A stretch of DNA of 29,078 nucleotides from Anaerolineales bacterium. GTDB taxonomy: Bacteria > Chloroflexota > Anaerolineae > Anaerolineales > UBA11858. The position numbers were made by a program, and so were the translations under genes. The notes under the pieces are model-generated. The model worked only from the letters and a program-made list of their open reading frames with translations. It had not been told where the DNA came from and searched no databases. The stretch is taken from positions 1 to 29,078 of the forward strand of contig JARROG010000001.1 of the NCBI GenBank assembly GCA_037384185.1, in the 5' to 3' direction. Every line of letters begins with the position of its first letter. The stretch's first letter is position 1. Positions 1 through 9,721 of the stretch are shown piece after piece.

Positions 1-963
1 CCGAAGTTCTGCTCGATGGAGATCACCCAGCAAAAAAGAGAAGAAGGGGAATTCGGAGATAACCTCTCTTCCAAAACCCGAAAAATCATAATCCTGGATG
101 ACGCGGGAAGCTCTCCACCACCACCAATGTCCGAAGGAGGTCCCGTTGGGGGCGTTGACCAGGTCTTGAATATCCAGCCAGGACCAGAACCAAGAGCCCG
201 GCTGTCCTCCGCTTGAACGCCAGAACAGCCCTTTCGAATGCAGATAATGCAAAAAACCTTCCCAGTTGCTGACGATCAGCGTGAAGAAGGGAGCCAGCAG
301 GGCAGGCAGCAGGGCAGGCTGTCTTTTCTGCCCTTTTCGATTGCGCAGAGCCAGCAGGTTGTACAGCAAACCATAGGAACCCACAGCGGCCAGGGCGAAA
401 GTCAGGGACACGCCAAGATTGAAAGCCACGCTGCCCAGGGTACCAGCCAGCTTGGCCAGCATGGCAACCAGGACATAACCAAAATAATAGTAAGAGATGG
501 CATAGCCAGAAAGCCAGGGATCCCTGGGAGGCATACTTTCAGAACTCAAGATGGAATTGATGAATGCCAGCTCCATCGGTTTTTCTGTACCCACGATCTC
601 AGGGTTGAGACCGCGGATCAACGCCATTGCTGAGAAAGCCGCCAGGAAGAGCGCTTCCGTAGAAAATACCAGCCCGCGGTGTTCCTTCAACCACACCCGG
701 ATCTCCTGGCCGCCAGTTCCCCGCAGCGAATACAAACTCACTCCGGCAATCAGCAGCAAAGGAAAAATCAGGCCGGCCAGATTATTCGCTGAAAATCCCA
801 GACGGGTCAAAATCCAGAACAGATAGCCCCAGATCAACATGCCCAGGATCTTGGAAAAAGTGTAACCGCGGCCTGGCAGATCCTTCAACAGGCGAAAAGC
901 CAGGGGAAAGACCAGCCATCCCAACCCAAGCATTATCAGATACCAGGCAATTAAATCAACCAT
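1..963 (-). CDS. DUF2298 / Chlor_Arch_YYY membrane protein (paralog 2), 3'-truncated at the window edge
   Basis: Missing from the ORF track because there is no stop in the window. Translated by hand from ATG at 963: MVDLIAWYLIMLGLGWLVFPLAFRLL...GTEKPMELAFINSILSSESMPPRDPWLSGYAISYYYFGYV...WWWWRASRVIQD...ISEFPFFSFLLGDLH. The same motifs occur in the 976..4191 ORF. Confidence 0.88.
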   Translation of the reverse strand, partial: MVDLIAWYLIMLGLGWLVFPLAFRLLKDLPGRGYTFSKILGMLIWGYLFWILTRLGFSANNLAGLIFPLLLIAGVSLYSLRGTGGQEIRVWLKEHRGLVFSTEALFLAAFSAMALIRGLNPEIVGTEKPMELAFINSILSSESMPPRDPWLSGYAISYYYFGYVLVAMLAKLAGTLGSVAFNLGVSLTFALAAVGSYGLLYNLLALRNRKGQKRQPALLPALLAPFFTLIVSNWEGFLHYLHSKGLFWRSSGGQPGSWFWSWLDIQDLVNAPNGTSFGHWWWWRASRVIQDYDFSGFGREVISEFPFFSFLLGDLHRAELR

Positions 964-975
964 CTAAACCCCAGG

Positions 976-3900
976 CTATTCAAAAATCGCTGGCAGCGTT
1001 TGGTAAATTGTGGTGTCCTCATTCTGGTAGACAACCTGCCAGTATTCTCCCTCACCCAGCTGGAATTTAGCAATTCCCTCTGGAAGATATTTTGCTCGCT
1101 CCAATTGACCGAGGACGATATAGCTGACTTGATATTCAGCCAGGAAATCACGGGCTTGACCAAGATCAACCGTGTCGTAGAATGAGTTGACCTCATCGAC
1201 CCGGGAAAACACCCACTCGTGGGGAGTGATCGTCCGCTGCTGGCGCTGATGCCAGTTCCAGCCTACCACACCGGGCAGTCCTGTATAAACAGTGTACCGT
1301 GTGCCCCAGTGATATTCAACCTGATTGGCCTCAACAATGACCGGGGAGCCAGGGACATTGTCCTGCATCCAGCGGATAGCCCGGTAATCCTGAGAGAGAT
1401 CCAGTACAGTATCAAGATCAATATAAGTTGCGTACTCCATGAACTCCATCCCATCCAGGGTATGGGGAGCTTGCGGGGCCATTCTGTCCTTGACTTTGGC
1501 CACACCACCCAGCAAGGGATACAGCGCAGCGCTGACGAGCAGGATATAAAGGACGAACTGCCAGCTGATCCGCAAGCCTGATTTTGGTTTGGCGCTGGAT
1601 GCCAGGGTCCAAACCAAGGCTGCTGCCGAGCTGATCGACAGCAATGTCCAGGCTTGCAAGTAGAACTTGAAGACGGTGTTCATCCGTCCGATATCCCCTT
1701 CGACATATACCAGCTCCACCAGCAAGGTGATCGCCAATCCGGTCCCGATCATAAACAGCACAAAGCCTTTCATTAAATCCTGTCCGGGGCGCAGCAGCAG
1801 GATCAAGGCCCAGGCCATCAGCGGCAGCACGAACCAGATCACGTGCACTCCTGCACCAAGGATAGTGAACCCGCCAATCTGGACGGGATTCTCGAGAAAT
1901 ACACCGAGACTGATAACGGCTACCAGCAAGACCAATGCAGCGGCGATGATCAGCTCACGGATCTTGGTCAGCTCCCGGAGAGCGGAGACTGGTGTAGCAG
2001 CCATCCACTCCACCGTTTCTACAGCCATCCAGGAGACGATAATAAACAGGAATAATCCCCAGTGGACCAGATAATCATTGACTGGTGTGTGAGTGCCAAA
2101 CCAGGGTTTGATGCTGGTATAACCTTCCCCGTACCACCTGGCGTAGGGTTGAAAGGTCAGATAAGCGAAGCCCAGGAAGATCGCCAGCTGCAGGGCAGAC
2201 CGCTGCCAGGAATATCCTGCCTTCGTCCGCTCCCGCCACCAAGCATACAGCAGGGCGGCAGCACCCAATGCCAGATAGGGATAGAAATCCCAGGTATTCG
2301 TCGGACGCAGGACACCTACTGCCAGTGCACCACACAGTGGGACACCGATCAGCCGGAAAAATCCCCACCGGGATTCCCCTTCCCTACCGCTGGACTTAAT
2401 GATCGAGAGGATCCAGGCTAGAGCGAACACTGTCAGGGGAAGCGCAATGAGGTGAGCGTGCAGATCTCCGTAGAGGAATGTGAAAAAGGGAAATTCCGTG
2501 ATCGGACCGCCGTGTTCCGCTCCGATCGCCCGGCTGGGGTTCCAGTACCACTCATCAAGCCGGTAATGAAGCGTCGGCGTCCTGAATAACTGGATCAATC
2601 CAGCCAGGGTCCACTTGAAGCGCTGGAAGAATGAGCCGGTCAATACATCCACTCCACCAGAAGCCAAGCGCTGCAGCCCCTGAAGTACCATGCGCATCAC
2701 TCCCAAATTGCCCAGGACTGCCAGGCCAAGCACTCCTCCCAGACCCCCGAGAAATGGCAGATCCTGGATATGGAGTTTTGAGCTGCGGCCACCCAGGAGA
2801 TTCCAAACCAGGGTAAATGCACCCAGGCCCAGCATCATAAACAGGGTGGGAAGGATCAGGTTATAGGCCAGGGAGGGCACAACCCCCAAAAGCTTGGTCA
2901 GCACGCCAACATACACAAACCCATAGTAGTAATAGTTGATATACCCCCCGGCAAACCAGGGATCATAAGGCGGGAAGGTGGTGCTCTTCAGGACAGCGTT
3001 AAAATATGAAAAATCCATTGGCCGCTCACCACCCTTCCAAGGGTGCCACAGGTCGGGATTTCCAAAACGGATCAGCAGCGAGAGCAGGAACAAAACCAGG
3101 GCCAGGGTCTCAATCGTCAGGAAATATTTTTTTGAGTCTTTCCAGATCTGGAGCAGCTCATCCCGCTCCTTGATGGCAAGATAGATGCCCACAGCTGCCA
3201 ATAAGAGCAGGACGCTGAAAATGGTGATTCTCTGAAAGGGGATACCCGCCGATCCTGCCAGCCAGACCAGATAAGACAGAACCAGCAGCCCGAAGGTCCT
3301 CGCCAGGGGATACCCTCCAGTATCGAGGCCTGGCAGCAGATGGCGAAGCAAGGGATAAACTAATAATCCCAGGGTAAAGACACTCACATACCACACCAGG
3401 ACGGCAGCCAGCTGGCTGCGGTTTTGGAGCGCATTGGGATTGAAAATCTCGCTCCAGGTCCCACCCTGTCTTTGAACAGCCAGGCGGTCGGCCGGAAGCA
3501 TCAGATTCCCGGGATGGCTGTCAGCTTGCTTGGGAGTAATGTGGATCACCTTGGTCAGATCGACCGCAGAGAGAATAGCTGCTGCACCCTGGGGATCATA
3601 ATCAGCCGATTTCTTGAAAACAAAGACCTTGGGGTGATCATAAACAGTGAAGGCTTCTTCTGCCGGCTGATCATTGATCTCCCAGGACCCGATCTGGGGA
3701 TTGGACTGGAAAGTCTTGATCAGGTCAAAACCCAAAGCTCCCTGGTAAGAGCCTGGGAGAGCCCGATTGTAGCAATTCTCAACCGTAAGATCAGCCGGGC
3801 AGCCCATCAGCTGGCGGTAGTATTCCGTGGTCAATGGGTAGCGCTCAGGAACGCGGGTGGTGGTGGCCCACTGCCGGCTGGAAGTGATCAAAATATAGTC

Positions 3901-4191
3901 TGCCTGATCCATTGTTGACAGGAAGCGGTCGAGCTTTTCCTGGTTGTCATCCCAGTACATTTCAAAATTCAACCCGCCCTGATAGATCCCGCCGAACGGA
4001 TCATAACCATTCATCCGCAGCGGCAAACCGTCATCCCAGGAGCTCTCATTGGCAATTCCAATTCTTCCCAGGCTGATTGCAGTCCCTGAGTCCAACACAG
4101 CCAGGTTGAACTGATAGGTTTCTCCAGCCTGAAGTTCAACATGGTCAGATATAGAAATCCTTGCCTGGGACATTCCCCCTGAGAAAACCAA
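976..4191 (-). CDS. DUF2298 / Chlor_Arch_YYY multi-TM protein; C-terminal part of a frameshifted GT39-DUF2298 gene
   Basis: Motifs GGERPMDFSYFNAVLKSTTFPPYDPWFAGGYINYYYYG and ITEFPFFTFLYGDLHAHLIALP, plus a C-terminal soluble domain (TGLPGVVGWNWHQRQQR). The hydrophilic N-terminal ~250 aa has no signal peptide and overlaps the upstream ORF in another frame. Confidence 0.85.
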   Translation of the reverse strand: MVFSGGMSQARISISDHVELQAGETYQFNLAVLDSGTAISLGRIGIANESSWDDGLPLRMNGYDPFGGIYQGGLNFEMYWDDNQEKLDRFLSTMDQADYILITSSRQWATTTRVPERYPLTTEYYRQLMGCPADLTVENCYNRALPGSYQGALGFDLIKTFQSNPQIGSWEINDQPAEEAFTVYDHPKVFVFKKSADYDPQGAAAILSAVDLTKVIHITPKQADSHPGNLMLPADRLAVQRQGGTWSEIFNPNALQNRSQLAAVLVWYVSVFTLGLLVYPLLRHLLPGLDTGGYPLARTFGLLVLSYLVWLAGSAGIPFQRITIFSVLLLLAAVGIYLAIKERDELLQIWKDSKKYFLTIETLALVLFLLSLLIRFGNPDLWHPWKGGERPMDFSYFNAVLKSTTFPPYDPWFAGGYINYYYYGFVYVGVLTKLLGVVPSLAYNLILPTLFMMLGLGAFTLVWNLLGGRSSKLHIQDLPFLGGLGGVLGLAVLGNLGVMRMVLQGLQRLASGGVDVLTGSFFQRFKWTLAGLIQLFRTPTLHYRLDEWYWNPSRAIGAEHGGPITEFPFFTFLYGDLHAHLIALPLTVFALAWILSIIKSSGREGESRWGFFRLIGVPLCGALAVGVLRPTNTWDFYPYLALGAAALLYAWWRERTKAGYSWQRSALQLAIFLGFAYLTFQPYARWYGEGYTSIKPWFGTHTPVNDYLVHWGLFLFIIVSWMAVETVEWMAATPVSALRELTKIRELIIAAALVLLVAVISLGVFLENPVQIGGFTILGAGVHVIWFVLPLMAWALILLLRPGQDLMKGFVLFMIGTGLAITLLVELVYVEGDIGRMNTVFKFYLQAWTLLSISSAAALVWTLASSAKPKSGLRISWQFVLYILLVSAALYPLLGGVAKVKDRMAPQAPHTLDGMEFMEYATYIDLDTVLDLSQDYRAIRWMQDNVPGSPVIVEANQVEYHWGTRYTVYTGLPGVVGWNWHQRQQRTITPHEWVFSRVDEVNSFYDTVDLGQARDFLAEYQVSYIVLGQLERAKYLPEGIAKFQLGEGEYWQVVYQNEDTTIYQTLPAIFE

Positions 4192-5618
4192 AATCCCTCT
4201 GGGTAGGAAAGCAGCTCTAATTGCTCACCCTCATCTGTATCGACCTCCAGCGTGGCCGGGCCGGGGATATTGTCAAGGATCCACCGCGTGGCTGCGACCC
4301 TGGGATGGGGAGTGGTGTAAATCCTCGAAAACGAGAAAGCCCACAGCGCTGTCAGTGCCCAGGCCAGACACCCAACCACCAGCACTCCAGTGCCCAGGGT
4401 TCGTCCAGAGATTTTGAAACCGGTGAATTTGAGCTCCCGCGCTGAGAGCTCTTTCCAGAGTTCGACGAGCAGCCAACCGGTGAATACTGCCAGCAGGGGA
4501 TAGATCGGGAGCTGGTAGCGCATGGTGCTGTTCCACTGGATCGACTGCCAGGCAAAATACAGAGCAGTCCAGGCCCAGAGCACCAGTTCTGGTCTCCAAA
4601 AACGCCTGAAGAACAACTTCCAACCCTGCCAGATGAAACCAGACCAGGCCAGGATCCCAAAGGGTAAACCCAAACCCCACAGCACCATATTCTTAAAAGA
4701 GAACCAGACCGGACGCCGGGCCCACTGCAGGGCTGGCGGAAAATCCACATCGCCCGAAGCTTGAGCCTGGAGGGATTTCAATCCCGCGACCCAGGCTTCG
4801 TTGAGCCGAAAATTGAAGAAACCCGGTCCGGAAAAAGCATAGGGTTGGAATACACGGAAGGTCAGCAAGCTTGTCAGGGCTGCCAGCACCAGGTAGAAGA
4901 ATATTCGCGGATAAAGCTGGCTTTTGCCTTCCTCATTCATTCTCATCCACTGGATCCAGGCCGCCAGAGGAAGGGTCAACGCAACTGGAACGGCACTGAC
5001 CTTGGAGGCCACCGCCATTCCCAGGGAGACGCCAAACAAGAGATAAGAAACCAGGTCTATTTTCCCCTCAGGTGCGGTACTGATCTCCACTGCGAAGTAA
5101 AATGCCAGCAGAGTAAAGAAGGTGATGAAGGTGTCAACCGTGAAGAAATGGGACTGCTGGATTTGCAGGACAGCCATGGTAGAAAAAGCCGCGCCGATCA
5201 ACCCGGCTTTTCTATTGAATAATCTAGCCCCAATAAAATAGACCAGGACCACACAGAGCAGATCCATCAGAGCTGAGAGAGCCCGGCCCACCAGGTAAAC
5301 AGATCCGTAGCCGGTATTCCCGATCCATTCAGCCAAATAACGGACCATGAAAATGGGCAGGGTCCCATAGACGAAGAACCCGTGACCCTGATTATTCGGA
5401 TTCAAGGTTGAAGTCGCAGTATCAAAATATGCGGTCAGGGAGTCCACTGGAACCAGGCTGGATTCGACCATGGTTAAAAAGCGCTCATCCGGATGGAGGT
5501 GCTGCTCCTCATCCCAGTCCATGCCAACAACCCGTAAATAAGCTCCGGCAGCCAGCACTGCGATCAGCAGCGCCAGACACAGCCAGCGGTTCAGATCTGA
5601 TTTCATGGGCTGATCCAT
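4011..5618 (-). CDS. GT39/PMT_2-like (ArnT-like, GT-C fold) glycosyltransferase; N-terminal part of the frameshifted gene
   Basis: First TM is followed by the acidic loop WDEEQHLHPDERFL; also HFFTVD, MRYQLPIYP and HPRVAATRWI. The last ~60 aa (after ...SYPEGF) are Cys-rich and look out of frame. Confidence 0.8.
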   Translation of the reverse strand: MDQPMKSDLNRWLCLALLIAVLAAGAYLRVVGMDWDEEQHLHPDERFLTMVESSLVPVDSLTAYFDTATSTLNPNNQGHGFFVYGTLPIFMVRYLAEWIGNTGYGSVYLVGRALSALMDLLCVVLVYFIGARLFNRKAGLIGAAFSTMAVLQIQQSHFFTVDTFITFFTLLAFYFAVEISTAPEGKIDLVSYLLFGVSLGMAVASKVSAVPVALTLPLAAWIQWMRMNEEGKSQLYPRIFFYLVLAALTSLLTFRVFQPYAFSGPGFFNFRLNEAWVAGLKSLQAQASGDVDFPPALQWARRPVWFSFKNMVLWGLGLPFGILAWSGFIWQGWKLFFRRFWRPELVLWAWTALYFAWQSIQWNSTMRYQLPIYPLLAVFTGWLLVELWKELSARELKFTGFKISGRTLGTGVLVVGCLAWALTALWAFSFSRIYTTPHPRVAATRWILDNIPGPATLEVDTDEGEQLELLSYPEGFWFSQGECPRQGFLYLTMLNFRLEKPISSTWLCWTQGLQSAWEELELPMRAPGMTVCRCG

Positions 5619-5624
5619 AATCCA

Positions 5625-7736
5625 CTATCTCTCGCTTTCGTCATTCAGCACATAATAAAGCATAAAATCTCTGCCTTCAACTGCTGAATGGTAACTATCC
5701 AGGACCCCGTCTGGGTAAAGATCCTCCAGAACCGCGATCGCTTCCTGATCATCTGGTTTATAGATATACAGTTTAGGAGCCGGTGCTCCCAACGTAGTCT
5801 CGATCTCATCCGGCCAGAGAGCGTAATCTCTTACCTGTCCCACCGCCTGGATACCAACCAGGCGGGTATCCACCCAATGCGGATAAGGCACCACCCAGGC
5901 GCTGGTCTCATCTCCAATGGTACCCGCAAATTCATGGATCACCGCCCCAATCTCCGATGTGTTCCAGGCATTCCGCCTGAACTGCTGGTAATAATCCACA
6001 AACACCAGGCGGGCATTTTCCCTCATACTCACACCAATCAGCATCAAGACCACGCCCCAGGGTAGATACTTGGCCCATCCCCGGGAAAGATAGGACTTGA
6101 GATTGACAGCCAGGTTCTCAACCGCTATGGCAACGATCAAAAAGACCGGGATGATGGCACCTCCGCTTCTATTGAGAGACGGATTTTCACTTGGAAAGGC
6201 CAAAGAGAGGATTGACGGAAGCATCAGCACTGGAATGATGACCAGCAAGGTCAAATCCATCCAATGCCGTTTTTTTAGATAGCGGACTGCGATCAGGACC
6301 ACACCCAGGCTGAAAAAAGCAGCCGACATCAATTCTAAAGCCGGCCGACCGGGGATGGAATGGACCCAGATCTGCCCGTTATCCCACTGGAACATGATCA
6401 GGGCTTTCCATGTATTCGAGAAGAAGATCGACCAGGGATTTCCGGGGAGCGGCGACTCCGCGTCTGACATGCGGGTGCGCATCCGGTAGGAGAACATATC
6501 ATAATTATCCAGCGCATAGCGCCCCAGCGGCAGGAAAATGATCAGTGAGATCAGGCCCACCAGGACCAGGGCGATCACAGCCATCCGCCGATTTTCTTTA
6601 GAAGACGCATGCAGGAGGTAGATTGCCAGCAGCAGGATGACCGCGATCGGAACGATCCGGAAAGGGCTATATCCGTGCAGCCCGAGTCCCAGAAAAAGAC
6701 CGGCGAACAGAAAATCGTTCCAGCGTTTTCGTTTCAGCCCCCGGATCAGGAAAAACAAGGTCGGCGCCAGGAAAGCGGGATAAAGGGCAAAGCGCAGCGC
6801 AACCCGGGAGATGACATTAGGCCAGTAAGCGATGCCGGCAAAAAACATTGCCAGCAGCCCCACCTGTTTATTCTTGATCTCCTTGCCAAGCAGGTAAATA
6901 AAAGGGAGCGAAAGATAACTGACCAGGCAGGTACCCAGCTTGAGGCTCAGGAAGGAGATCCCGGTCCCGAACAGCCTGGCCATAGCCGCAGTGAGGTACA
7001 TCTGGAAGGCTTCCCGGCCCGTGTTGCGGGGAAAGAAGATCGCATACTGGCCCCGAAGCACATTGCTGACATCGATCAGCTTTTCAGCATGATCGCTGAA
7101 CATTTCAGGTGGGACCTGATTGAGCCGGTAGAAACGGTAGAATCCCACTACGAGAAAAGCCAGAAACACCAGCACTGTCCAGGGAGTGATCCGCAGCTCT
7201 CCGTCCAGGAATCTCTTCCAGGCGGATCTGATCTGCAGCCACCATTGTTCAGGGACCCAGAGCGACCACCAGATCAAGGCCAACCCCAGCACCCAGAAAC
7301 TGACATTAATAGAATTAAAAAGATTGCCTGCGAACATAACAAATGCCAGCAGGGAGAACAAGCTGCCGACCAGGAACTGTACCCAGCGCACCTTCAGCTG
7401 ATCCGCTTCCCCTTCCTCAGGATTCAAAGAATCTGTTTTCCAGAGTTTGAAGATGATCAGCAGGACCAGACTCAGGGCTGCCAGGCAATAAAAAAAGATC
7501 ACAAGTCCTTTGGAACGCACCTCAGGAGCAGCGAATAGCTGGGCGAAAATTGCCAGGAATGGCGGGACAGCAATGGAAATCAGAGGCCAGAAGCCGAATT
7601 TTGATCGCTCCCGCTCCAGAGCCGGTTGGGGAGGTTGATCCTCCGGTTGTTCTTCACCGTCCGGGATCTGGATTTGACCTTTTTTCCAGAATGTCAGCTT
7701 CTCTTTTACATAATCAAGGACACTTGGTTCTTCCAT
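5625..7736 (-). CDS. GT39/PMT_2-like membrane glycosyltransferase (GT-C fold)
   Basis: 703 aa multi-TM protein; loop PPEMFSDHAEK, FFPRNTGRE, GLGLHGYSPFR, C-terminal extracytoplasmic domain; GAGGG SD before the ATG. Confidence 0.8.
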   Translation of the reverse strand: MEEPSVLDYVKEKLTFWKKGQIQIPDGEEQPEDQPPQPALERERSKFGFWPLISIAVPPFLAIFAQLFAAPEVRSKGLVIFFYCLAALSLVLLIIFKLWKTDSLNPEEGEADQLKVRWVQFLVGSLFSLLAFVMFAGNLFNSINVSFWVLGLALIWWSLWVPEQWWLQIRSAWKRFLDGELRITPWTVLVFLAFLVVGFYRFYRLNQVPPEMFSDHAEKLIDVSNVLRGQYAIFFPRNTGREAFQMYLTAAMARLFGTGISFLSLKLGTCLVSYLSLPFIYLLGKEIKNKQVGLLAMFFAGIAYWPNVISRVALRFALYPAFLAPTLFFLIRGLKRKRWNDFLFAGLFLGLGLHGYSPFRIVPIAVILLLAIYLLHASSKENRRMAVIALVLVGLISLIIFLPLGRYALDNYDMFSYRMRTRMSDAESPLPGNPWSIFFSNTWKALIMFQWDNGQIWVHSIPGRPALELMSAAFFSLGVVLIAVRYLKKRHWMDLTLLVIIPVLMLPSILSLAFPSENPSLNRSGGAIIPVFLIVAIAVENLAVNLKSYLSRGWAKYLPWGVVLMLIGVSMRENARLVFVDYYQQFRRNAWNTSEIGAVIHEFAGTIGDETSAWVVPYPHWVDTRLVGIQAVGQVRDYALWPDEIETTLGAPAPKLYIYKPDDQEAIAVLEDLYPDGVLDSYHSAVEGRDFMLYYVLNDESER

Positions 7737-7761
7737 AATCTACCCTCAAGGGTGTTGATGC

Positions 7762-8547
7762 TCAGCTGATCAGCTTAGTGATGTAAAAAGTATAAACGCC
7801 CAGTGGGCTTTTGGGTTCTCTTAGATAATGGGGACGAGTTAAACGGTCTGCCAGTGCCAGATTCCAGCGGCTGGGAACCAGCACCCAGCGGTCGAAGAGG
7901 CGTTTACTGACCCAGGAAGGGATTCCAAAGAAATGCCCCCACTCCAGGACATGCAGCGCAGGGGGTGGAAAATAATCCCACCATTTTACAATTTCAAAGC
8001 CAAAACCTGCCAGGCGCTTTTCCCAACTCTCATGGGACTCACAGGTGTGGTGGCGGGAAATCCGGTTGAAAAAACCTTTATAAGCCCTGGACAGGCCGGA
8101 GATGCCTGGTCGATCCAGTAATCGCCCGATTGAAAGCGTATCAAGGAACCGGTGGTTCGGAACACAAAAGATAAAGGGCGCGCCGGGTTGCAGCACCCGG
8201 GCAGTCTCTGCCAGCACGGGATCCAGATCCGGGATATGTTCCAGAACAGAGTTGCTGATGGCACTGGCGAAATAGTTGGATGGATAGGGCATTTGATCCC
8301 CTGTGCCGCAGACCAGATGGCGGTAAGAACCGCGCTCAGCAGCTTCCTGAATAGGACCCCACCAGGGATCCAACCCCATAAAAAGAGGCCTGTCAAACGC
8401 CAAGGAGGCGAAATGGCCATCTCCACAGCCCAGATCGAGAACTGGTTCAGGAAGGGATATACCTTCATAAAAACGGGCCTCAACCGCTCTTAACAAGGCC
8501 CGAAAATAAGGCAGGTCGCGCAAGTGAAGCCCCAGGTAGTCTTTCAA
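7762..8547 (-). CDS. Class I SAM-dependent methyltransferase (Methyltransf_11-like)
   Basis: VLDLGCGDG SAM motif, SNSVLEHIPD, VLQPGAPF. TTG start overlaps the GT4 stop (TTGA) and has a GGAGGAGG SD. Confidence 0.88.
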   Translation of the reverse strand: MKDYLGLHLRDLPYFRALLRAVEARFYEGISLPEPVLDLGCGDGHFASLAFDRPLFMGLDPWWGPIQEAAERGSYRHLVCGTGDQMPYPSNYFASAISNSVLEHIPDLDPVLAETARVLQPGAPFIFCVPNHRFLDTLSIGRLLDRPGISGLSRAYKGFFNRISRHHTCESHESWEKRLAGFGFEIVKWWDYFPPPALHVLEWGHFFGIPSWVSKRLFDRWVLVPSRWNLALADRLTRPHYLREPKSPLGVYTFYITKLIS

Positions 8548-9707
8548 GCCCTTTCCTCCTCCAACCTGGCATAAAGTTTTTCGTAGGTAGCAGCATTTGC
8601 CAGGGGGTCAAAGATCTCGGCAACCCGGGGAGGATCGCCTCGATAGGCATCCGGGCGGGAGAGGACCTTGAGGATGGTTTCTGCCAGAGCTTCAGAGTCA
8701 CCAATAGGCACGACTTCCCCCATCCCGGTCAACTGCGGCGGCACCCGAACACCAGGAAGATTGGATGCAATCGACGGCGTACCCTGGATCATGGCTTCAA
8801 TTTGGACCAGGCCGAATGTTTCGGTCGAGTTCAAGCTGGGAACGACCAGCAGATCCAGACAGTTGTAAAAGGCAGCCATCGCCCGCTGGTCAAGGACACC
8901 CAGGAACCTCCAGCTTCCCCCTTCTTGATAATTCTTGATGCGGGGATGGAGCCGATCAAAATATGCTCCCTCACCCATCACATCCTGATATTGACCGGCA
9001 TAAAGCACCAGGGTATCTGGGAACCGGTCCATTACCTCGGGGAGGGCGTTGAGCAGGACTTCCACCCCTTTTTCAGAGGCAAATCGGGTCGCCATACCGA
9101 TCACTGGGGAGCGATCGTCCGGATTCGCCTGACGCCGAAACGCTTCAACCTCTTCAGCCGGCACGGCAGGCATGACCACTGGAGGGTAAATCACCTCAAC
9201 CTTCTCAGCAAACCGCTGTAAATACGGCGAGTGGGAGGCAAAGTCATCGGTATAGGCACAGATCTTATCCGCCAGGACCCCAGCCAGATTGTTCATCAGC
9301 TGGACAACCAGATTGATCAGACGATTGAAGGTGGATTTGGGAAGCTGCAAATCACAGTGATAGGTGATCAAGGTCGGCTTTCCCAGCAATCGCCCCCGGA
9401 GAGCGACCCCGGCAGCGTCGAATTGGGGCAGATGAAGGTGAACCACGTCATGGCTGGAAACCAGCTTCCAGGCCAACCAGCCGAAAGAAGGCATGATCAC
9501 ACCTTTGCTGATCCGGAAGGCGACTGGGGCGCGGACGATCCTGACTCCGTCCACGAATTCCTCTCTGGGCAGATCCTTTTCATACTGGGAGGTTAATACA
9601 GTAACTTCATGACCCAGCTGGACCAAGGTTCTTGCCAGCCGCTCAACATAGATGGTCAGCCCACTGGTATGGGGGCGATAATAAGTTAATACGGTCAGTA
9701 TTTTCAT
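8544..9707 (-). CDS. Glycosyltransferase family 4 (GT-B)
   Basis: MKILTVLTYYRPHTSGLTIY N-terminus; ETFGLVQIEAM (EX7E) motif. Start moved from 9752 to ATG 9707 to avoid overlap with the epimerase gene. Confidence 0.9.
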   Translation of the reverse strand: MKILTVLTYYRPHTSGLTIYVERLARTLVQLGHEVTVLTSQYEKDLPREEFVDGVRIVRAPVAFRISKGVIMPSFGWLAWKLVSSHDVVHLHLPQFDAAGVALRGRLLGKPTLITYHCDLQLPKSTFNRLINLVVQLMNNLAGVLADKICAYTDDFASHSPYLQRFAEKVEVIYPPVVMPAVPAEEVEAFRRQANPDDRSPVIGMATRFASEKGVEVLLNALPEVMDRFPDTLVLYAGQYQDVMGEGAYFDRLHPRIKNYQEGGSWRFLGVLDQRAMAAFYNCLDLLVVPSLNSTETFGLVQIEAMIQGTPSIASNLPGVRVPPQLTGMGEVVPIGDSEALAETILKVLSRPDAYRGDPPRVAEIFDPLANAATYEKLYARLEEERA

Positions 9708-9721
9708 GGAAAAGTAATCAG

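Noticed and set aside
115-126. (CCA)4 repeat, and several 7-nt A/T runs (e.g. about 3127, 6270, 14574), as phase-variation tracts
   Set aside because: The repeat simply encodes WWWW in frame; the runs are short and the frames around them are intact.
4160-4200. Programmed -1 ribosomal frameshift joining the split gene
   Set aside because: There is no X XXY YYZ slippery heptamer in the upstream frame and no obvious stimulatory hairpin; mutation or assembly error is more likely.
6609-7538. 309-aa plus-strand ORF, and similar long antisense ORFs (9632-10402, 11303-12139, 24316-25005, 21472-22038, 26973-27545)
   Set aside because: They lie fully antisense to well-supported genes, show no recognisable motifs or SD, and are typical shadow ORFs.
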